Shown here: positions 55,689-64,000 of the stretch, piece after piece
Layout of the letters: each line of letters opens with the position of its first letter
Numbering within the stretch: the first letter of the stretch is position 1
Source of the DNA: an uncultured Actinomycetes bacterium
GTDB lineage: Bacteria; Actinomycetota; Acidimicrobiia; IMCC26256; DASPTH01
DNA: 64,000 bases
Reading direction: 5' to 3'
Assembly: GCA_963841415.1 (NCBI GenBank)
Contig: CAWJCN010000001.1
Span: forward strand, 995,334-1,059,333
Notes under the pieces: model-generated
What the model was told of the DNA's origin: nothing
Seen by the model: the letters and a program-made list of their open reading frames with translations, nothing else
The model's database searches: none
Program-made: the position numbers and the translations under genes

Positions 55689-58060
55689 GCGGGTACCGGC
55701 TGCCGACTCGCGTCCTGGATCGAGCGCCAGAGCGTGTCGGCATGCAACCGGGTCGACGAGAGGCGCACCCCGAGCGGCGCCAGCGCGTCCTCGACCGCAC
55801 TCACGAGCACCGCAGGCGAGGCGGTGATCGCCGCCTCACCGGCGCCGCGGAACCCACCGAGGACCTCGGACGGTGTCTCGCGGTGCACGATGCGGAGCGC
55901 GACGCTCTCCGGCGCGCCCGGGATCGTGTAGTCGACCAGGGTCGAGCACAGGGGCTGGCCCTCGTCGGAGTAGTGCAGCTCCTCGTGGAACACGTTGCCC
56001 AGGCCCTGGGCGAAGCCGCCCTGGTGCTGGCCGTCGACGACGTCGGGGTTGATGACAGTGCCGGAGTCGACGACCATCATCGCGTCGAGCACCTGCACGT
56101 GACCGGTGACCGAGTCGACCTCCACCGCGACTGCGGTCGCGTGCGACGCGAACGTCTCGTCGAAGTTCATGTGGCCGCGCTCGTCGGGGACGGGGATCGT
56201 GTTGCCGGGCGAGTACACGACCGTGGTGGTGAGACCGGCGTCCATCCCGGGCGGCAGGCGGTGAGGGTGCCACCACGCCTCTGCCGCGACCGCCGCGAAG
56301 TCCGGTGGGTCGCCCATGTGCGCAGCGATGGCGTCCATCTTCGTGCGGAGCTCGGTCGCCGCCCGCGTCACCGCGCCGCCCGCCATCACTGCGGTGCGGC
56401 TCCCCCACGACCCCATGCCGTACGGCAGGGCCGCGGTGTCACCCTCGCTCACCGTGACGAGCTCGTCGTCGATCCCGAACACGTCGGCGGCGACCTGCGC
56501 CAGGGTCGTCTCGTGTCCCTGCCCTTGGGACTTCGTCCCGACTGCCACCGTCACGCTGCCGTCGGGCAGCACCGAGACCGTGGCCACCTCCCACGACCCG
56601 AATCGACCGGCGACCCCATACTGCGTGGGGGCGCCTCCCTGCACCAGCACCGAGACGCCCACGCCGACGTAGCGGCCGTCGTCTCGTGCCGCCTGCTGAC
56701 GCGCCCTCCACGCGTCGTAACCGAACTCGGTCAGCAGCTGGTCGACCTGCGGACCGAGCAACCCGACGTCGACGCGCGCGCCACCGTGCGCGGTGAACGG
56801 GCGGACAACGTCGTCCGGGATGAGGTTGCGGCGCCGCACCTCGATCGGATCGAGGTCGAGTGCCTGCGCGATCCGGTCCATCACGCGCTCGATGGTCAGG
56901 TGCGCCTGCGGTTGTCCGAAGCCGCGGTAGGCACCGATGGGACACGTCGTCGTGGCCACGCACGACAAGGTCCAGCCGTGCTCGGGCACCGCGTACGCGC
57001 CACACAGCGCGCCCACCGTGACCAGCGACGGACCGATGCCGGAGAAGTAGAGGACGGGGTTGCCGACGTCGCTGGTGACGTCGACCGAGAGCGCGAGCAG
57101 GCGACCGCCGTCGTCGTAGGCGGCGGTGACGTCGTGCACCTGAGGACGCGAGTGGACCGACGCGGTCATCGCCTCGACCCGGTCCTCGCACCACTGCACC
57201 TCGACGCTGGTCATGCGCGCCAGCAGCGCCACCAGGCACTCCTCCCGGAGGAAGTGCTGCTTGTTCCCGAACCCACCGCCCATGTCGGGGGCGATGACTC
57301 GCACCGACGCCTCGGTCATGCCGCACACCTCCGCCACCACGGTGCGGAGCTGGTGCGGCTGCTGCGTCGACACGATCATCGTGAGCAGCTCGGCGCCGGC
57401 GTCGTACTCGGCCTGCGCGCCATGACCCTCGAGCGGCAGTCCCATGATGCGGTGGCTCTCGAACCGCTCGCGCAGGACGTTCGGCGCGGTCGCGATCGCG
57501 TCCGCCAGCCCGGGGCTCGCCGCTTCGAGGTGGAGCAGCTCGTTGGTGCCCCACTCGGGATAGAGCAGTGGCGCGTCGGGCGCGAGGGCGCGGGCGGGAT
57601 CCACGACCGCGGGGAGCGGTTCCAGGTCGAGCTCGATCAGCTCCACCGCGTCTTCGGCAACCGCGCGACTCACCGCGACGACCGCCGCGAGCGGCTCTCC
57701 GGCGAAGCGCACGCGGTCGGTGGCGAGGACCGTCCACTCCAGCGGTCGCATCCCCGGCATGTCGAGCAGGTGGCCCATGCGCCGCGCGCCGGCGGCGTCG
57801 AGATCGGCCTGGGTGAAGACGCCGATGACCCCCGGGAGCGCGGCCGCCGCGCTGGTGTCGATGCTGACGATCCGGGCGTGGGCCGCCGTGCTCCGCAGCA
57901 GCGCGACGTGGTGCAGCCCGGCCGGGTTGTGGTCGGCGAGGTAGCGCCCGCGCCCGGTGAGGAACCGCGGATCCTCGCGGCGAACCCGGCGCGCACCGAC
58001 GTGATGGTTCGCTCGCGGCTCGGCGGGAGACCCGCCTCGCGGACGCTCGCTCACGCTCAC
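55685..58060 (-). CDS. Xanthine dehydrogenase / aldehyde oxidase / CoxL-family molybdopterin-binding large subunit
   Basis: GTG 58060 overlaps the upstream stop (GTGA); 791 aa. Patterns RREDPRFLTGRGRYLAD, PDMGGGFGNK, GAYRGFGQPQ and GQGHETTLAQV. The N-terminal part of ORF 55685..59227 is read-through. Confidence 0.85.
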   Translation of the reverse strand: MSVSERPRGGSPAEPRANHHVGARRVRREDPRFLTGRGRYLADHNPAGLHHVALLRSTAAHARIVSIDTSAAAALPGVIGVFTQADLDAAGARRMGHLLDMPGMRPLEWTVLATDRVRFAGEPLAAVVAVSRAVAEDAVELIELDLEPLPAVVDPARALAPDAPLLYPEWGTNELLHLEAASPGLADAIATAPNVLRERFESHRIMGLPLEGHGAQAEYDAGAELLTMIVSTQQPHQLRTVVAEVCGMTEASVRVIAPDMGGGFGNKQHFLREECLVALLARMTSVEVQWCEDRVEAMTASVHSRPQVHDVTAAYDDGGRLLALSVDVTSDVGNPVLYFSGIGPSLVTVGALCGAYAVPEHGWTLSCVATTTCPIGAYRGFGQPQAHLTIERVMDRIAQALDLDPIEVRRRNLIPDDVVRPFTAHGGARVDVGLLGPQVDQLLTEFGYDAWRARQQAARDDGRYVGVGVSVLVQGGAPTQYGVAGRFGSWEVATVSVLPDGSVTVAVGTKSQGQGHETTLAQVAADVFGIDDELVTVSEGDTAALPYGMGSWGSRTAVMAGGAVTRAATELRTKMDAIAAHMGDPPDFAAVAAEAWWHPHRLPPGMDAGLTTTVVYSPGNTIPVPDERGHMNFDETFASHATAVAVEVDSVTGHVQVLDAMMVVDSGTVINPDVVDGQHQGGFAQGLGNVFHEELHYSDEGQPLCSTLVDYTIPGAPESVALRIVHRETPSEVLGGFRGAGEAAITASPAVLVSAVEDALAPLGVRLSSTRLHADTLWRSIQDASRQPVPA

Positions 58061-59208
58061 GCGGCGTCCGCCTCGATCCACTCCCCCGCACGGAGACAGC
58101 CGACGGGCACCAGGCGCCGCGACGCGCTCATGGTCTCGAACCCGTCGGACAGCTCGAACTCGCCCTCGTCGATCCTCAGCACCGACACCTCGGCCGGGCG
58201 CCCCGGCGCCAGCGTGCCGAGCTCCTGCTCGCGCCCGATGACCCGTGCCGGCACCGACGTCGCCATCGCCAGCGAATCCGCCAGCGGCACGCCCAGCGCC
58301 CACACCTTCGACACCGTCTCCGCCAATGAGATCACCGGAGCGTCCACGTTGAACACGTTGAGGTCGGTCGAGATCGTGGTGGGGAAGTACCCCTGGTCGA
58401 AGAGCCGGCGCGCCGTCGCGAACCGGAAGTCGGTGCCGGAGTGACCGATGTCGAGCCGCACGCCGCGGTCGACCGCATCCTTGAACTCCGCCGTCACCGC
58501 GCCCGACGCGTCCAACACCCCCGACGCCCCGCGGAACGCGTGCGTGATCACGTCGCCCCCGCGCAGGCGCTGCAAGAGCGCGCGCGTCGGGATGGTCGGC
58601 GTGAAAGGGAAGCGACCGAGGTGCACCATCACCGGCTTCTCGCCCGCCACGCGCTGCGCTGCGTCGAGGAACGGTGACACCTCGGGGTCGGTCGTCGAGC
58701 ACGCTCGCACCTTCATCCCGATGACGACGTCGTCGTTGGCGGCCAGCATCGCCGCCGTGGACTCCTCGTCGAGGTTCCGTTCGTCGTTGGCGATCTCGAG
58801 CTTGTGACAGATGAAGTCCTTGGTCGCGAAGTAGATCTGGCACGGATCCATGAACGCGAGGATCCGGGTGCGCACCTCGGGATCGTCGATCCACTTGCGG
58901 GCCAACCCGAACGTGGCGACGCCGCTCGTCCCGCCGTCGACCACCGTGGGCACGCCCTGGCTCACGCCGACCCGGTCGGGATGGAGGCAGAAGTCGCCCA
59001 ACCCTGGGTACACGTGCACGTGCAGGTCGATGAGTCCGGGCGTCACGAGCAGCCCGGCGCAGTCGACCACCGTCGCCCCGGCGCGGATCGCGTCGTCGAC
59101 GGGCCCGATCGCGGTGATCGCGCCGTCGTCCACCAGCACGTCGGTCACCTGGTCGGTCGCGGTCGACGGGTCGACGACCCGTCCGCCCGACAGCACCACT
59201 CGGCTCAT
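58057..59208 (-). CDS. Amidohydrolase/deacetylase-family metallohydrolase (dihydroorotase-like)
   Basis: 383 aa with TPGLIDLHVHVYPG, VVDGGTSG, MVHLG and LDIGHSGTDF. Confidence 0.75.
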   Translation of the reverse strand: MSRVVLSGGRVVDPSTATDQVTDVLVDDGAITAIGPVDDAIRAGATVVDCAGLLVTPGLIDLHVHVYPGLGDFCLHPDRVGVSQGVPTVVDGGTSGVATFGLARKWIDDPEVRTRILAFMDPCQIYFATKDFICHKLEIANDERNLDEESTAAMLAANDDVVIGMKVRACSTTDPEVSPFLDAAQRVAGEKPVMVHLGRFPFTPTIPTRALLQRLRGGDVITHAFRGASGVLDASGAVTAEFKDAVDRGVRLDIGHSGTDFRFATARRLFDQGYFPTTISTDLNVFNVDAPVISLAETVSKVWALGVPLADSLAMATSVPARVIGREQELGTLAPGRPAEVSVLRIDEGEFELSDGFETMSASRRLVPVGCLRAGEWIEADAA

Positions 59209-59317
59209 GCTCTCCCGCTCTCGTCACCCGCTCGCGAGCTCGCTCGCTCCGGGCCGCACTGCTCCACGGTCGGCGAGCACTCGCTGCTCGGCGGGATACC
59301 CGCCTCCCGACGCTCGC

Positions 59318-60430
59318 TCATGACTCCACCATGTCCTTCTCCTCGTCCTGCTCCGCCACAGTCATCAGCACTACGCCGATCGCCGCGCCCGGATCGGGCG
59401 CCGCCCCGGCGAGCGCGAGCTCGCGCAACCACCGTCGATACTCGATCGACACCCGGTCGGTGCGCACCGACACCTCGCTGGCGTCGAGCGGCAGCTCGGG
59501 CGGATCCTGGTTGCACACCACCGGCTCGTCCTCGCGCAGGACGATCTCCTGGAACGCCATGTGCGCATCGTCGTCGCCGTCGAGGTCGTCGTCGCGCGCG
59601 ACGGTCCAGAACGTGCGACACGTGCGCGCGTCCACGGGCGATGCGGTCATCCAGAGCCAGCGCGACGCGCCGTTCGCGAGCCGGAACTCGATGTCGACCG
59701 TGAGCGGCATGGGCATGCGATACGCCGACCATCCGAACAACGCGACGTCGGCTGCGTCGATGCCGGGCGGCACGAACTCGAAGCGCAGCTCGCCCGTCTC
59801 GCGCCGCACCTCCGGGAGCGGCGGCACGGGCTCGTCCCGCCGGCCGAGCGTGCCGTCGTGCACCCAGGGGAAGTGCGCGATGTCCACGAAGTTCTCGACG
59901 CGCCGCGCCGCCGACGTCGGCCACGTGTAGGGCGCACCGGTGAGGACCTTGAACCCTCCCGCACTCCACGACGGGTGCGCGGGCACGGTGGTCGGTGCCC
60001 CGGCGCGCAGGCGCACCCACACCAGGCCGTAGGCCAGCTCCACTTCGAACCGATCGAGGCGGGCGCGCTCGGGGATCGGTCCAGCTCCCTTCGGAGAGAT
60101 GCCCTTCGACGAGATGCCGAGCGACGGGATGTCCGTGCAGCGACCCGACGCGTCGAAGCACCAGCCGTGGTTGGCGCAGCGCAGCATGCCGTCGTCGACC
60201 CAGCCCACCGAGAGACGGGTCGAACGGTGTGGGCAGCGGTCGGTCACGGCAACGACCGCGGGCGAACCCGCCCCGCCGAGGTCCACGACCGCGAGCGGCG
60301 TGTCGAGCAGGCGCACCGCAAGTGGGTGCGGCGCGGCCGCCGCGAGCTCGTCGAGCGAGCACACGGGATGCCAGCAGTGGCGCAGCGCGGAGTCGAGATC
60401 GGGCGTCACCGCACCCAGGTTCGGGCGCAT
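59318..60430 (-). CDS. Rieske [2Fe-2S] oxygenase (VanA/PaO/phthalate-family, single-component alpha type)
   Basis: Rieske motif CPHRSTRL...CANHGW. The downstream NFVDIAHFPWVHDG iron-site pattern fits class IA-type oxygenases. Confidence 0.85.
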   Translation of the reverse strand: MRPNLGAVTPDLDSALRHCWHPVCSLDELAAAAPHPLAVRLLDTPLAVVDLGGAGSPAVVAVTDRCPHRSTRLSVGWVDDGMLRCANHGWCFDASGRCTDIPSLGISSKGISPKGAGPIPERARLDRFEVELAYGLVWVRLRAGAPTTVPAHPSWSAGGFKVLTGAPYTWPTSAARRVENFVDIAHFPWVHDGTLGRRDEPVPPLPEVRRETGELRFEFVPPGIDAADVALFGWSAYRMPMPLTVDIEFRLANGASRWLWMTASPVDARTCRTFWTVARDDDLDGDDDAHMAFQEIVLREDEPVVCNQDPPELPLDASEVSVRTDRVSIEYRRWLRELALAGAAPDPGAAIGVVLMTVAEQDEEKDMVES

Positions 60431-60515
60431 TCAACATTTTGTCAATGTGCAACCCGTTGCGATCGTGTGAACTCGACGAACCGGAACGCCCGCTGGCGGG
60501 CGCGATTCGGTCAGG

Positions 60516-61544
60516 ATGGACGCCGTGCTCGACAACACCTCGCCCGCGCTCACGCGCGGCTGGCACGCGGTCGCGCGCGCGGCCGAGATCGGTGACGATC
60601 CCACGCAGGTGTGGCTGCTCGGGGAGCCCTGGGCGATCGCGCGCGTCGACGGCGACCTCCGCACGTTTCGCGACCGCTGCCCCCACCGTGGCGCACCGCT
60701 GAGCGCGGGGCGAGTCGTCGGGAACGAGATCGAGTGTGGCTACCACGGCTGGCGGTTCGCACCTAACGGTCGCGCCACCGCGGTTCCGTCACTCGGTCCC
60801 GACGTCCCGATCCCGACGCGCGCCTGCCTCACTTCGGCCTTCGCGGCGTGCGAGCGGTTCGGTCTCGTGTGGCTCGCGCCGGACGAGCCCGTGTGCGGCC
60901 TCCACGAATTCCCGGAGTGGGACGACCCCGCGTTCACGCGCGCCGAGACCGCGCCGCGCCGCACGCGGGTGAGCGCGCTGCAACTCGCCGACAACTTCCT
61001 CGACGCCGCGCACTTCCCCACCGTGCACGTGCGCACGTTCGGTACGCCCGAGGCAGCGTACGTGAGCCCGCACCACGTGACGCGCGATGGCTGGGAGATC
61101 CGCACCGTCTACGAGGCTCCGTATCGCAACCACGAGGATCCACTTGTCGCGACCGGCGACCACCCGCTCGTGCAACCGCACACCCTCACCAAGGTGGGGC
61201 GCCCGCCGGCCTCGGTCTACCTCACCCTCGACTTTCCTCTGACCGGCCGGCGGCTCGCCATCCTCTTCGTGTGCCAGCCCGAGACGCGCGACCGCACCCG
61301 CGTGTACAAGGTCATGGCCCACGACGGGATCGCGCCCGACGACATCGAGCGCATCACCGACCTGATCGCCTATGAAGACCTGGTGCTCGACGAGGATCTC
61401 GCCATCCTCGAACAAATGCCCGCGATGACGCTGGCCACCGACCCACGCGTCGAGCTGCACTCGACCGCCGACAAGCTGAGCGTCGCCTACCGGCGGCTGC
61501 TCGCCGACCTCGATCCCCCGACCGAGAGTGAGGGTCTCCGTTGA
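60516..61544 (+). CDS. Rieske [2Fe-2S] oxygenase (VanA/PaO/phthalate-family), divergent paralog
   Basis: Rieske motif CPHRGAPL...CGYHGW, followed by NFLDAAHFPTVH. It shares an 85-bp AT-richer divergent promoter region (CAACATTTTGTCAATGTGCAAC). Confidence 0.85.
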   Translation: MDAVLDNTSPALTRGWHAVARAAEIGDDPTQVWLLGEPWAIARVDGDLRTFRDRCPHRGAPLSAGRVVGNEIECGYHGWRFAPNGRATAVPSLGPDVPIPTRACLTSAFAACERFGLVWLAPDEPVCGLHEFPEWDDPAFTRAETAPRRTRVSALQLADNFLDAAHFPTVHVRTFGTPEAAYVSPHHVTRDGWEIRTVYEAPYRNHEDPLVATGDHPLVQPHTLTKVGRPPASVYLTLDFPLTGRRLAILFVCQPETRDRTRVYKVMAHDGIAPDDIERITDLIAYEDLVLDEDLAILEQMPAMTLATDPRVELHSTADKLSVAYRRLLADLDPPTESEGLR

Positions 61545-62581
61545 ACTTCATGGCCTTCGTCCGTGACCTCCCGAAGGTCGAGCTGCACTGCCACCTCGAG
61601 GGCGCGGCGCGACCGTCGACCATCGCCGACCTCGCCCGCGCCAACCGCGTCACGCTGCCCACCGACGACCCCGCCGAGCTGTTCGAGTTCACCGACCTCG
61701 ACTCGTTCCTCGCCATCTACGGCGTCATCTGCGCCAGCCTCGTGACCGCCGACGACTTCCGCCGCCTCACCTACGAGGCCCTCGAGGACGCGGTCGCGGC
61801 CAGCGTCCGCTACCGGGAGATGTTCTTCTCGCCCGGGTTCGTCATGGCGATGGGCGTGCCGGTCGAGACGGTGTGGGACGGCATCCGGGCCGGGCTCGCC
61901 GACGCGCACGACGACCTCGACGTGAAGTGCCGCATGATCCTCGACGTCGACAAGCCGTCGGGCCCGGGACCGGCGGCCGAGCTGGTCGAGTTCGCAGCGA
62001 AGCAGGACCGCGACCTGCTGGTGGGCGTGGGTGGTGACTCGACCGAACGCGGCGTCGACCACCGTGCGTTTGCTCCCGTCTTCGCCCGCGCCGCCGAGCT
62101 CGGCCTGCACCGCACCTTCCATGCCGGTGAGGACGGTCCCGCCGACAACATCGCGGCCGCGGTCGACGACCTCGGGTGCGAGCGGATCGACCACGGCTTC
62201 CGTCTGCTCGACGACCCCGCGCTCACCGCCCGCGTGGCCGACGCCCGCATCCCGCTCACGGTGTGCCCGATCAGCAACGTCGTGATCGCCAACGTCATCG
62301 ACGACGTGGGCGACCACCCCTTCGCGCGCCAACGCGAGGCCGGCGTGTTGGTGACGGTGAACTCCGACGACCCCGGCATGATGGGCACCACCGTCTGCGA
62401 CGACTACGAGGCGGTGGCCGACCGCTTCGACTACGACGCCACCACCATCGAGGACATCGCGCTCGACGCCATCGACGCGTGCTGGGCGCCCGCCGACGAA
62501 CAGGCTGCCCTCCGTACCCGCTTCGTGGACGAGATGGTCGCGCTCCGGGAACGACACGGGTTGGCGCCGCGCTACGAGTGA
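61541..62581 (+). CDS. add: Adenosine/adenine deaminase family protein
   Basis: TTG 61541 overlaps the previous stop; ATG 61550 is an alternative start. Patterns LPKVELHCHLEGA, HAGE, IDHG and VNSDDP. Confidence 0.85.
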   Translation: MNFMAFVRDLPKVELHCHLEGAARPSTIADLARANRVTLPTDDPAELFEFTDLDSFLAIYGVICASLVTADDFRRLTYEALEDAVAASVRYREMFFSPGFVMAMGVPVETVWDGIRAGLADAHDDLDVKCRMILDVDKPSGPGPAAELVEFAAKQDRDLLVGVGGDSTERGVDHRAFAPVFARAAELGLHRTFHAGEDGPADNIAAAVDDLGCERIDHGFRLLDDPALTARVADARIPLTVCPISNVVIANVIDDVGDHPFARQREAGVLVTVNSDDPGMMGTTVCDDYEAVADRFDYDATTIEDIALDAIDACWAPADEQAALRTRFVDEMVALRERHGLAPRYE

Positions 62582-62597
62582 CCGCAAAGATGCGACG

Positions 62598-63347
62598 ATG
62601 AGACTCGAGAAGAAGGTCGCACTCATCACCGGGTCGACCCGCGGCATCGGCCGCACGATGGCGGAGATGTTCGCCGCCGAAGGGGCCAAGGTCGTGTTGA
62701 GCGGCCGTTCCGTCGACAAGGGCGAGAAGAACGTCGAACGCATCCGCGCCGCGGGCGGTGAGGCCATGTTCCTCCCCATCGACGTCACCGACGAAGACAG
62801 CGTGCGCGACGGCGTCGCGGCCGCGGTCGACGCCTACGGGCCGATCACGACGCTCGTCAACAACGCGGCGCCGACCGCGCTCGTGAACGTCAGCTTCAAG
62901 CCGACCCACGAGCTGACCCTCGACGAGTGGGACGCCATCGTGCGCGGCAGCGTCACCAGCGTGTTCCTCATGACGAAGTACACGGTCCCGCACATGCTCG
63001 AAGCGGGCGGCGGTTCGATCGTCAACATCTCGTCCGGCGCGGCGGTGTTCGGCGTGCCCGGGCTCGGGCCCTACAGCGCGGGCAAGGGTGGATTGAACTC
63101 GCTCACGCGCGTGATCGCGGTGGAGTACGGCGCGCAGGGCGTGCGCTGCAACACCATCATCGTCGGCCGGGTCGTGTCGTACGCCGCCGACCGCGGTCCC
63201 GAGACCACCAAGGAGCTGCTGCGAGTCGGCAACCCGTACGACATCGGGTACGCCGCCATGTGGCTGGCCGCCGACGAGTCGGAGTGGATCACCGGCAGTG
63301 AGATCACTGCCGACGGCGGCGCGCGCTTCAACGCGACCGAGATCTGA
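62598..63347 (+). CDS. Short-chain dehydrogenase/reductase
   Basis: 249 aa with VALITGSTRGIGR, NNAA, YSAGKGG and ITGSEITADGG. Confidence 0.85.
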   Translation: MRLEKKVALITGSTRGIGRTMAEMFAAEGAKVVLSGRSVDKGEKNVERIRAAGGEAMFLPIDVTDEDSVRDGVAAAVDAYGPITTLVNNAAPTALVNVSFKPTHELTLDEWDAIVRGSVTSVFLMTKYTVPHMLEAGGGSIVNISSGAAVFGVPGLGPYSAGKGGLNSLTRVIAVEYGAQGVRCNTIIVGRVVSYAADRGPETTKELLRVGNPYDIGYAAMWLAADESEWITGSEITADGGARFNATEI

Positions 63348-63365
63348 CGGTGCGCGGCCGCGGCG

Positions 63366-64000
63366 CTACCCGCTGAGCAGCCCGAGGCCCTTCGAGATCA
63401 GCACGACGCCGAACACGACGAACAGCACCGCCATGACCGCGCTGTTGTGCTCGGTCATCCACGCCTTCATGTCGTCGAGGCTGTGACGCGCCTTCTCGCC
63501 GCCGAAGAAGTCGTAGGCCACCGCGAACGCGATCGACAGGCTCGAGACCACGACGAAGACGGCCAGCGACACCACCGCATCACTGGTGGAGAGGTCGAGC
63601 TGGCCGAGACCGGCCGCGGCGCCCACCGCGAGGATGAGGTTCTTCGGGTTCACCACGCTCAGCAGCACCGCGAGGCCGAACGCACGAGACGGAGCGATGG
63701 TGTCCACCGTCGCCATCCACTTCGGCAGCGCGGACGGCTCCCCTGGCTTCGGCCGCTTCGCCCAGTTCCGCCGGGCGAGGCCCAGCAGCACGACCCCCAA
63801 GACGATCTTGCCCCACGAGACCGAGTCGGAGCTGCCGGAGTCGGTCCCGACATCGCCGGCCTGGCTCAGCAAGTAGACGACCGTGGCGGCGACCGTGAGG
63901 CCGATGACCCATCCGGCCAGGAACGCGGGGCCGTTCACCCGCGCCCGGTCGGAGAAGAGGATGAGGATGATGGCGATGATCGGGATCGGACTGATCGCAA
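63366..64000 (-). CDS. GAP/DUF2910-type (Sap-like) membrane protein, partial (N-terminus beyond window end)
   Basis: The frame is open to position 64000 (..ISPIPIIAIILILFSDRARVNGPAFLAGWVIG..). It has multiple hydrophobic helices and ends VLISKGLGLLSG. Confidence 0.6.
   Translation of the reverse strand, partial: AISPIPIIAIILILFSDRARVNGPAFLAGWVIGLTVAATVVYLLSQAGDVGTDSGSSDSVSWGKIVLGVVLLGLARRNWAKRPKPGEPSALPKWMATVDTIAPSRAFGLAVLLSVVNPKNLILAVGAAAGLGQLDLSTSDAVVSLAVFVVVSSLSIAFAVAYDFFGGEKARHSLDDMKAWMTEHNSAVMAVLFVVFGVVLISKGLGLLSG

Overview
This is a gene-dense, visibly very GC-rich chromosomal segment. It looks actinobacterial: it carries mycothiol S-conjugate amidase Mca, an LmbE/PIG-L deacetylase, three F420-type LLM oxidoreductases, and frequent GTG/TTG starts with 1-4 nt ATGA/GTGA gene overlaps. 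I can support about 65 protein-coding genes. I recognised no rRNA, tRNA, CRISPR array, transposase, integrase or phage gene. The content is mostly accessory catabolism: four Rieske oxygenases, six amidohydrolase-superfamily genes plus adenosine deaminase, five SDRs, a P450, a molybdenum hydroxylase large subunit and a 2OG oxygenase. It also includes PHA synthase and depolymerase, TetR/IclR/MarR/XRE regulators, two MFS transporters, and housekeeping genes such as typA and a cell-wall hydrolase. Many long ORFs in the supplied track are antisense or off-frame shadows of real genes, as expected at this GC content. The points most worth a second look are these. (1) A 62-bp unit repeated three times at 37698-37891 forms a chain of overlapping 20-codon uORFs ending exactly on a nitroreductase start codon. 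(2) Ten apparent single-base insertions break eight genes, and seven of them lie within 3.4 kb (38.5-42.0 kb). This is either local assembly error or a decaying gene block. (3) An E2-like acyltransferase lacking the catalytic His sits with an alpha-oxoamine synthase and an LpxO/OlsC-type hydroxylase, suggesting aminolipid synthesis. (4) A putative N-heterocycle catabolic island at 51.7-62.6 kb contains a Mo-hydroxylase large subunit with no FeS or FAD partner. (5) A 316-bp intergenic region is packed with nested hairpins. I found no convincing defence, toxin-antitoxin or mobile system. All functional calls rest on motif and family recognition by eye, not on database searches.
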